Below are positions 1 through 4,210 of a DNA stretch of 4,210 nucleotides, piece by piece. Source of the stretch: a virus (taxonomy: Duplodnaviria > Heunggongvirae > Uroviricota > Caudoviricetes); IMG/VR virus record IMGVR_UViG_2657245091_000011. One strand, written 5' to 3'. A program made the translations under genes and the position numbers. Each line of letters begins with the position of its first letter. Position 1 is the first letter of the stretch. The notes under the pieces are model-generated. The model did no database searches, was not told the DNA's origin, and was given only the letters and a program-made list of their open reading frames with translations.

Positions 1-101
1 ATCATTACCGTGCCGCCGTACTGGTCGCGGTAAATATCACCGCGCGTAAATTTAGGGTGAGTGTTGCCACTGGCAGTTAAGCCAGAATATTTAAGTTTCA
101 T
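1..101 (-). CDS. hypothetical protein, N-terminal 33 codons only (gene runs off the window start)
   Basis: ATG at 101..99 with GGAG about 10 nt upstream; frame open to position 3 (MKLKYSGLTASGNTHPKFTRGDIYRDQYGGTVM...); starts 5 nt after the stop of the upstream same-strand ORF. Not in the supplied ORF track because it is truncated. Confidence 0.4.
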   Translation of the reverse strand, partial: MKLKYSGLTASGNTHPKFTRGDIYRDQYGGTVM

Positions 102-106
102 TATTT

Positions 107-340
107 TTATTCTCCGGTGTGCTGTTCGTTATATCTGTCGTGCAATAAGTCTATTTCCTGCAACTCTGTTATTACAGGTTCAAGGAGAGTTATCAGTGAT
201 TTAATAATCCGCGCCTTCTTTACATCACGCTCATTATCGTCAAATGTTTCCAGCCACATTTGCAATATTTCGTACATACCTTCAGCGTAAGCAAGGGCAC
301 TAAATGCGCGGTCTATTGTTTCAATGTAAATATCACGCAT
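107..340 (-). CDS. hypothetical small protein (77 aa)
   Basis: ORF in supplied track; GAGGA 8 nt upstream of ATG (340..338); start overlaps the stop of the upstream ORF (ATGCGTGA); sequence looks protein-like. No family recognised. Confidence 0.5.
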   Translation of the reverse strand: MRDIYIETIDRAFSALAYAEGMYEILQMWLETFDDNERDVKKARIIKSLITLLEPVITELQEIDLLHDRYNEQHTGE

Positions 341-566
341 GGCTTACATCCTCAGGAAATTTTCTTCTGTAACGCGCCTCTGCCACATATTCCGCATAAT
401 CGGCGGCGATATTCAGTACATCAAGTCCCGTTGATTTATATTCTTTCGTGGAAAGTAAGAAAAAAGCCGCTCTAATAAGTTCTGGCATTGACGAAAGCGC
501 ATCAGCCGCATCATCAGGAACGCCGGAAAATTCTTGTTTCAGGGAATTAAAACGATCATCACGCAT
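333..566 (-). CDS. hypothetical small protein (77 aa); possibly the C-terminal half of a frameshifted or phase-variable 155-aa protein
   Basis: ORF in supplied track; ATG at 566..564 lies 2 nt downstream of a G9 run that can act as a Shine-Dalgarno; one extra G would put it in frame with the upstream ORF. Confidence 0.5.
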   Translation of the reverse strand: MRDDRFNSLKQEFSGVPDDAADALSSMPELIRAAFFLLSTKEYKSTGLDVLNIAADYAEYVAEARYRRKFPEDVSHA

Positions 567-799
567 AACCCCCCCCCATTTTCACAATCAGTAATCAGGA
601 TGGTTTTAGCCTCATTCAGTGCCATATCAGCACTAAATTGCATAACAGCCAGTGAGTGAGGAACGAAAGCCCCGGGATATTCTGTTTCGCTGGTGGCGTG
701 CTTATGTGCCCTGTCCGCGATAACAGAAATATCAATCAGCGCGTGCATCAGCGTTTTGATGGCTTCGGCGGCTGCGTCCGGTGTGGTTTTATTGTGCAT
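539..799 (-). CDS. hypothetical small protein (86 aa from ATG 799; the track's longer form starts at GTG 841)
   Basis: Within track ORF 539..841; internal ATG at 799..797 has AGGGGG 6 nt upstream, so preferred as the start; E. coli-like codon choice (CTG, GCG, GAA, ACC); C-terminal GGG codons are the G9 tract. Confidence 0.5.
   Translation of the reverse strand: MHNKTTPDAAAEAIKTLMHALIDISVIADRAHKHATSETEYPGAFVPHSLAVMQFSADMALNEAKTILITDCENGGGLCVMIVLIP
569..577. repeat. C9 (plus) / G9 (minus) homopolymer tract at the junction of two ORFs
   Basis: Nine consecutive C at 569-577, read directly from the sequence. Confidence 0.95.
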
Positions 800-989
800 A
801 GGTTTCCCCCTGGCGAATACGGGCGGCAAATACAGCAACACAACCGGACGGGCAAAGGTTACGCGCTTCGCGTTCCGTCCAGGCGGTTACGTGGATGATT
901 TGAGATTCTCCGGCACTCAGTGCCAGAAAACGCCACACAAAGGCAGTTTGTGTGTGCGCCAGACGTGGGGTATGCTGTGTTCCAGCCAT
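789..989 (-). CDS. hypothetical small protein (66 aa), first gene of the minus-strand operon
   Basis: ATG at 989..987 with AGGAG 8 nt upstream; same frame as the 3' end of the 318-aa track ORF; its stop lies 8 nt downstream of the next ORF's ATG (coupled). Confidence 0.4.
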   Translation of the reverse strand: MAGTQHTPRLAHTQTAFVWRFLALSAGESQIIHVTAWTEREARNLCPSGCVAVFAARIRQGETYAQ

Positions 990-1019
990 AATCGTTACTC
1001 CTGTTAACGGTTTGGTTAG

Positions 1020-1053
1020 ACGCCCCGCTACTGCCGCAAACAGTTCGGGGCGT
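1020..1053 (-). promoter_or_regulatory. GC-rich hairpin in the putative 5' leader of the minus-strand operon
   Basis: ACGCCCCG (1020-1027) pairs with CGGGGCGT (1046-1053) around an 18-nt loop; sits between the putative promoter (~1087-1115) and the first ORF; no U-tract follows on the minus strand. Confidence 0.3.
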
Positions 1054-1086
1054 TGTCGTTTACATCCTCTTACTGAGGTGTGATTT

Positions 1087-1115
1087 AAATTAAATTCAAC
1101 TGAATCACAGGTCAA
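1087..1115 (-). promoter_or_regulatory. putative sigma70-type promoter for the minus-strand small-ORF operon
   Basis: On the minus strand, -35 TTGACC (plus 1110-1115), 17-bp spacer, -10 TAATTT (plus 1087-1092); hexamers identified by eye only. Confidence 0.3.
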
Positions 1116-1156
1116 GTGTTTTTTGTGATTCTTTTTTGTGTATACTGAATCACATC
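1097..1156. promoter_or_regulatory. operator-like triple repeat between divergent promoters
   Basis: ACTGAATCACA at 1099-1109 and 1144-1154 (11/11 identical), with an inverted copy TGTGATTC at 1124-1131; centres about 22-23 bp apart; the third copy overlaps the TATACT -10 (1141-1146) upstream of the RHH gene. Confidence 0.5.
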
Positions 1157-1176
1157 TTTTGTTTAGGAGAATGCAC

Positions 1177-1482
1177 ATGGCAAAAAACACTATCAACGAC
1201 AAATCAAAACAGATTTCAATTCGTATCCCACATGATGCTTTTGATGGCATGGAATCCGTAAAACTGGACGGCGAAAGCAACGCCGGATTCATAGTAACCG
1301 CCATGCGCGGGGAGATCGCCCGCCGCCAGGCAGAAGGAAGCAGTGAAAATCCTCTGATTTCTTCTCTCGATGCATTGGCGCAAGTGGAAAAAATTGGTAT
1401 TAAAGCTACGGAAGAACTCGGGCAACTTATCGCCATCGCACGCGAAGAACTCCAGCGCCGCAAGGCCAAAGAAGCGGAATAG
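1177..1482 (+). CDS. small DNA-binding protein, probably ribbon-helix-helix (CopG/Arc-like) transcriptional regulator (101 aa)
   Basis: AGGAGA 6 nt upstream of ATG 1177 (the track's GTG 1138 start is less likely); N-terminal KQISIRIPHDAFDGMESVKL...IVTAMRGEIARR fits a strand-helix-helix pattern by eye; intrinsic terminator immediately downstream. Confidence 0.6.
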   Translation: MAKNTINDKSKQISIRIPHDAFDGMESVKLDGESNAGFIVTAMRGEIARRQAEGSSENPLISSLDALAQVEKIGIKATEELGQLIAIAREELQRRKAKEAE

Positions 1483-1513
1483 TCCACCAGCAAACCACCA
1501 CACTGATCACATT

Positions 1514-1541
1514 GGCCACCGTGACAGGTGGCCTTTTCTTT
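1514..1541 (+). terminator. rho-independent terminator of the RHH gene
   Basis: GGCCACC / GGTGGCC 7-bp perfect stem, 6-nt loop, followed by TTTTCTTT. Confidence 0.7.
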
Positions 1542-1557
1542 GCCTGTTATCCGGCAA

Positions 1558-1588
1558 TTGTGGCGCTTCTTCACACAGTTGATATAAT
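1558..1588 (+). promoter_or_regulatory. extended -10 promoter (TGaTATAAT)
   Basis: TG at 1580-1581 and consensus TATAAT at 1583-1588; weak -35-like TTGTGG at 1558-1563; no protein-coding ORF downstream on this strand. Confidence 0.45.
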
Positions 1589-1594
1589 TCCCCT

Positions 1595-1667
1595 GCACTG
1601 ATCCAATTTTTCGCAGCAGGTTAATTGTTCGCAAGGGCGCTCTGGTAACGGGGCGCTTTTTGTTTTT
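1595..1667 (+). ncRNA. candidate small RNA (~70 nt) between the extended -10 promoter and an intrinsic terminator
   Basis: Promoter about 7 nt upstream; no ATG or SD in the interval; ends at a hairpin plus U-tract; possible 5' stem CCTGC (1592-1596) / GCAGG (1616-1620). Prediction only. Confidence 0.3.
1635..1667 (+). terminator. intrinsic terminator-like hairpin with GUAA tetraloop and U-tract
   Basis: GCGC 1637-1640 pairs with GCGC 1653-1656, extended by C:G and G:U pairs; loop GTAA 1645-1648; followed by TTTTTGTTTTT (1657-1667). Confidence 0.45.
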
Positions 1668-1779
1668 ACCCACCAGCACAATAAAAATCTTCATTTTCCA
1701 TTTTTGTAAAATTTCATGCTTTCCGGACGACTGGCCATATGTCATTTTTTAGCAGAAGATTTTGCCTTGCTGGTGGGTA
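1667..1779. repeat. 113-bp imperfect palindrome: 12-bp perfect inverted repeat plus 9-bp inner inverted repeat around an AT-rich 62-bp core
   Basis: TACCCACCAGCA (1667-1678) against TGCTGGTGGGTA (1768-1779); AAAATCTTC (1684-1692) against GAAGATTTT (1755-1763); 21 of about 26 arm positions pair. Confidence 0.6.
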
Positions 1780-1825
1780 GCTTCTCGGTTAACACGATGT
1801 ACCGTATAATCAGCACCGCGTGTGG

Positions 1826-2404
1826 TTACTGAATACGCTCACCAAAGTAAAACTCAGGCTGATATTCACGTATCAGCCTTTTTTCTTCTTCCTCCAGCTC
1901 ACGCTTTTTGCGCTTACATGCCTGTAGCTCCCTCCCCTTCTGACTAGCACTTAACTGATATTGCTCTTTACGGCGAGAAAAGTCCTGTAATGCGCCCCAC
2001 GGGATACCATAAGCCCCCGTTTTTCTGATTCCTGGTATCACATTCCTGAATACCCAGTTACTGAAACGATGGGCGAATGTGCCTTGCGTCGTTGCTTTGC
2101 GGCTACGGGCTATTAGTTTGTAGAAACCTGACTCAGAGATAATGCTCATATTCTGATTTCCTCCTGGGGTGTAAGTTAAATTTACTCCCTTTTCATCATC
2201 ATCAAGCATCTGCAACGCCGTACGCGAATTGGTCAGTTCCAGCGCAGCGCAGACATCCTTTGCAACAAACCACGGATCGCCGTTCAGATACACCACGCGA
2301 ACGTTCACACTATCAAAGCGCAGAACGACCAGATCACGAAAATCACAGATTTTTTTTACATGACGTGCGTCACCCTTGCCCGTCACGGCAATATTTTTAT
2401 TCAT
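1826..2404 (-). CDS. Bro-N domain protein (phage antirepressor-like N-terminal domain) with a charged C-terminal tail (192 aa)
   Basis: ORF in supplied track; N-terminal region shows Bro-N hallmarks by eye (VVYLNGDPWFVAKDVCAALELTN...DDDEK...SESGFYKLIARSRK...FSNWVFRNVIPGIRKTGAYG); GAGG about 10 nt upstream of the ATG. Confidence 0.75.
   Translation of the reverse strand: MNKNIAVTGKGDARHVKKICDFRDLVVLRFDSVNVRVVYLNGDPWFVAKDVCAALELTNSRTALQMLDDDEKGVNLTYTPGGNQNMSIISESGFYKLIARSRKATTQGTFAHRFSNWVFRNVIPGIRKTGAYGIPWGALQDFSRRKEQYQLSASQKGRELQACKRKKRELEEEEKRLIREYQPEFYFGERIQ
1856..1884 (+). terminator. plus-strand terminator-like hairpin embedded in the 3' end of the Bro-N gene
   Basis: GGCTGATA (1857-1864) / TATCAGCC (1871-1878) 8-bp perfect stem, 6-nt loop, then TTTTTT (1879-1884); the opposite orientation has an interrupted U-tract. 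Confidence 0.4.
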
Positions 2405-2424
2405 TTCTTTTTTACCTCACATAC

Positions 2425-2449
2425 AAAAAACCCCGCATTGCACGCGGGG
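2425..2449 (-). terminator. rho-independent terminator after the alpA-like gene
   Basis: On the minus strand, CCCCGC / GCGGGG stem (plus 2431-2449) with 7-nt loop followed by six U (plus A-run 2425-2430); 15 nt downstream of the alpA stop. Confidence 0.65.
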
Positions 2450-2463
2450 TATGAAAGATATTA

Positions 2464-2667
2464 TTAGTGGGGATTGGCTTGTTCTCGTTGTTTATCTAAC
2501 CATGCTTCTACATCTCTACGGTGCCAGGTATGTCGTCGTCCAATTCTGAACGGCTGAGGAAAACCATTATTCTCATCTTTCCAGAAATTGATGAATGCAC
2601 TCATTGCTCCATATCGCAAGATTTTCATTACGTCTTTAGTAAATAAAATATCTTCATTGGTATTCAT
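2464..2667 (-). CDS. alpA: AlpA-family prophage regulatory protein / excisionase-like DNA-binding protein (67 aa; track start at 2688 gives 74 aa)
   Basis: C-terminal GFPQPFRIGRRHTWHRRDVEAWL matches the AlpA/Xis-like helix-turn-helix family pattern by eye; ATG at 2667 has GAGGAGG 8 nt upstream that overlaps the integrase stop codon; typical integrase-adjacent position. Confidence 0.75.
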   Translation of the reverse strand: MNTNEDILFTKDVMKILRYGAMSAFINFWKDENNGFPQPFRIGRRHTWHRRDVEAWLDKQREQANPH

Positions 2668-2680
2668 TTGCTGAACCTCC

Positions 2681-3919
2681 TCAACCATTTACTACTCTTA
2701 AACCTTTCATACCACCGGATCTATTAATTACCCCTTTTCTCGCATCATCAAAAAAATCACCGACCCATTGCATCATGATCTTACGCTGTTCTAGATAAAT
2801 AGTTCTATTATAAATATCTCTTATTTTATCACCACTTTTATGCGCCAATGCAGCCTCGATTACATCGGGGTTAAATCCCTCCTCATTTAAAAGCGTACTC
2901 CACATTGAACGAAAACCATGTAACGTTACAATCCCTTTGAACTTACTGGCAGCAATTGGGGTCTTGATAGTATTCCTCCCCATAGGCGCATCTTTTGTTC
3001 TGGAGGAAAAAAACACATAACGCCCTCTTTTTATTTCCTGCATTGTTCTGAGGATACTAATAGCCTGTGATGACAAGGGAACAACATGTTCACGATGGCA
3101 TTTCATTTTATGCGCGGGGATAATCCACAAGCCAGAATCAAAATCAATCTCTGACCACTCTGCTTTAATCGCCTCACCTGGCCTGACCATTGTCAATATC
3201 TGGAATAAAAGTGCATTATGAGCTATTTGATAGGTATGAGGCACACTATCCCACCAGCTCAGAAATTCAGGCAATCTTTCAACAGGTAGTGCTGCTAATG
3301 ATTTATTTTTCTTTCCTGTGAATGCAGTCTTTATCTTAAGTAATGGATTTGCTTTCAATGCTCCACAATTTACAGCATAATTCATAATTTCATTTAATCT
3401 TGATATTAATTTTTTTTGCAACGCATTCTTATCGGATACGGCATCCAGAGCATTAATAGCTACTGGTGCTGTAATTTTTTCTATACTGTACTTACCAAAG
3501 AAAGGAACAAGATATTTGTATACTTCATATTCGATATTATACAGCGTAGGTTTCCGCAATTCAGATCCCTTTTTAAAAGCGAACCATGCATTAGCAACAG
3601 CTTCAAATGTCTGTAGATTTTTTAGTGACATCTCAATTTTACGATTTTTCTTCTCCGTCACTGGATCAACTCCACGTGCAATCATTCGCCGAAGTTCATC
3701 ACGTACTTCCCGTGCTTCCGCGAGTGAGAATTCAGGAAAACGTCCTATCGTGTATGTCTGCCGTTTCTTCGTTATCGGATGGCTATAACGGAAACGCCAC
3801 ACTTTCCCACCGGCTTTACTCACATTCAGCAATAAACCGAACCCATCATAAACGGCATAGTCCTTTTCACGTGGTTTCATCCCCTTAACTTCAGTCACGG
3901 TTAATGGCTTTACCGACAT
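2681..3919 (-). CDS. int: site-specific tyrosine recombinase / phage integrase, P4/CP4-like family (412 aa)
   Basis: ORF in supplied track; N-terminal arm-binding-type region (KPLTVTEVKGMKPREKDYAVYDGFGLLLNVSKAGGKVWRFRY); C-terminal catalytic motifs HGFRSMW (H-x-x-R) and IRDIYNRTIYLEQRKIMMQW containing the likely catalytic Tyr; GAGGG 6 nt upstream of the ATG. Confidence 0.93.
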   Translation of the reverse strand: MSVKPLTVTEVKGMKPREKDYAVYDGFGLLLNVSKAGGKVWRFRYSHPITKKRQTYTIGRFPEFSLAEAREVRDELRRMIARGVDPVTEKKNRKIEMSLKNLQTFEAVANAWFAFKKGSELRKPTLYNIEYEVYKYLVPFFGKYSIEKITAPVAINALDAVSDKNALQKKLISRLNEIMNYAVNCGALKANPLLKIKTAFTGKKNKSLAALPVERLPEFLSWWDSVPHTYQIAHNALLFQILTMVRPGEAIKAEWSEIDFDSGLWIIPAHKMKCHREHVVPLSSQAISILRTMQEIKRGRYVFFSSRTKDAPMGRNTIKTPIAASKFKGIVTLHGFRSMWSTLLNEEGFNPDVIEAALAHKSGDKIRDIYNRTIYLEQRKIMMQWVGDFFDDARKGVINRSGGMKGLRVVNG

Positions 3920-3981
3920 CTATCGCCCTCATTTTTTAGTCCGTCATGTAGTCCATTCAAGCCAATAACAAGCGATAAACT

Positions 3982-4028
3982 AACTCATTATCAAGCAAAG
4001 AGAGGAAACTCATAAAATCACAACTCAT
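3982..4028. repeat. three direct copies of AACTCAT upstream of the integrase gene (candidate arm-type or regulatory sites)
   Basis: AACTCAT at 3982-3988, 4007-4013 and 4022-4028 within the AT-rich int-upstream spacer. Confidence 0.3.
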
Positions 4029-4080
4029 TGAAAAGACTATGAAACGACACCAGAACATACAAACAGGTAAGAAATGTACC

Positions 4081-4210
4081 CTACATCCAAAATGACGCAA
4101 TCCGGGAGTTTCGTGGCGTTCCGGTGATACTGCCGTCCGCCGCCGCCCGTTCACCTTCACGAAGCCAGATCCCCTGGTTATTCAGTTCGCGTTTCTGCTC
4201 AGGGGCAATC
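4081..4210 (-). CDS. 3' end (last 43 codons) of an unidentified gene, probably chromosomal, flanking the element
   Basis: Minus-strand frame open from the window end to TAG at 4083..4081 (...IAPEQKRELNNQGIWLREGERAAADGSITGTPRNSRIASFWM); E. coli-like codon choice; markedly higher GC than the adjacent int region. The plus-strand frame is also open, so strand assignment is not certain. Confidence 0.4.
   Translation of the reverse strand, partial: IAPEQKRELNNQGIWLREGERAAADGSITGTPRNSRIASFWM

Larger units (their letters stand above)
1..4080. mobile_element. Integrase-proximal part of an integrative element (prophage/satellite/genomic-island-like); extends beyond window start
   Basis: Co-oriented integrase, AlpA-like and Bro-N genes plus a repressor-like divergent control region; hand count gives roughly 36% GC for 3921-4080 against roughly 61% for 4101-4210, suggesting a boundary near 4080-4100. 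The other end is not in the window. Confidence 0.6.

Noticed and set aside
260-1007. Plus-strand ORFs 260-475, 656-898 and 693-1007
   Set aside because: They lie antisense to the coherent, translationally coupled minus-strand ORF series, lack convincing SD sequences, and have Cys/His-rich, non-protein-like translations.
1216-1582. ORFs 1216-1503 (minus) and 1370-1582 (plus) overlapping the RHH gene
   Set aside because: Alternative frames of, or antisense to, the better-supported 1177-1482 gene; the plus ORF runs through the RHH terminator hairpin.
789-1745. 318-aa minus-strand ORF from the supplied track
   Set aside because: As one gene it would run antisense through the well-supported RHH gene, its terminator, the extended -10 promoter and the operator region, and its translation is Cys/Ser/Arg-rich and low in complexity. 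Only its 3' third (789-989), which has its own strong SD and ATG, is retained as a separate small ORF. A real long gene cannot be excluded without homology searches.
1595-1779. Retron-like ncRNA (msr/msd) suggested by inverted repeats flanking a structured region
   Set aside because: No reverse transcriptase gene is present anywhere in the window, so the inverted repeats are reported simply as a palindrome.
1820-1936. Possible plus-strand hydrophobic peptide (about 38 codons from GTG 1820) resembling a type I toxin
   Set aside because: No SD, GTG start, runs straight through a strong terminator hairpin, and is antisense to the Bro-N coding sequence; most likely a frame artefact.
2260-2454. 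Plus-strand ORF 2260-2454
   Set aside because: Antisense to the Bro-N gene and spanning the alpA terminator; no start signals.
3416-3888. Plus-strand ORFs 3416-3616, 3516-3788 and 3607-3888
   Set aside because: All lie antisense within the integrase gene, whose motif evidence is strong.
3957-4160. Minus-strand ORF 3957-4160 (67 aa)
   Set aside because: Crosses the AT-rich spacer into the GC-rich flank in a different frame from the better-supported gene end at 4081; Cys/Phe-rich translation; no SD.
4081-4210. tRNA or tmRNA gene as integration target next to the integrase
   Set aside because: Looked for a tRNA-like 3' end (T-arm GTTCGAATC-like motif, CCA end) in 3920-4210 and found none; the region reads as protein-coding instead.
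1-4210. CRISPR array or tandem-repeat (ToxI-like) RNA
   Set aside because: No regularly spaced direct repeats of 20-40 bp were seen anywhere in the window.

Overview
This 4.2-kb window reads as the integrase-proximal end of a horizontally acquired integrative element (prophage-, satellite- or island-like). All calls rest on reading the sequence and the supplied ORF track by eye; no database search was run. Right to left, in the direction of minus-strand transcription: the 3' end of a GC-rich, probably chromosomal gene (4081-4210); an AT-rich spacer with short direct repeats (3920-4080); a P4/CP4-type tyrosine integrase (2681-3919); a tightly coupled AlpA-family excisionase/regulator (2464-2667) with an intrinsic terminator; a Bro-N domain protein (1826-2404); a ~340-bp non-coding stretch carrying an extended -10 promoter, terminator hairpins and a 113-bp imperfect palindrome, possibly encoding a small RNA; a plus-strand ribbon-helix-helix-like small protein (1177-1482); a divergent control region with three evenly spaced GAATCACA motifs; and a compact minus-strand operon of at least five small overlapping ORFs (989 down to 1) of unrecognised function. 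The best candidate for something undescribed is that RHH-controlled small-ORF operon, where two ORFs meet on a C9/G9 homopolymer and one extra base would fuse them. No tRNA, rRNA or CRISPR array was seen.
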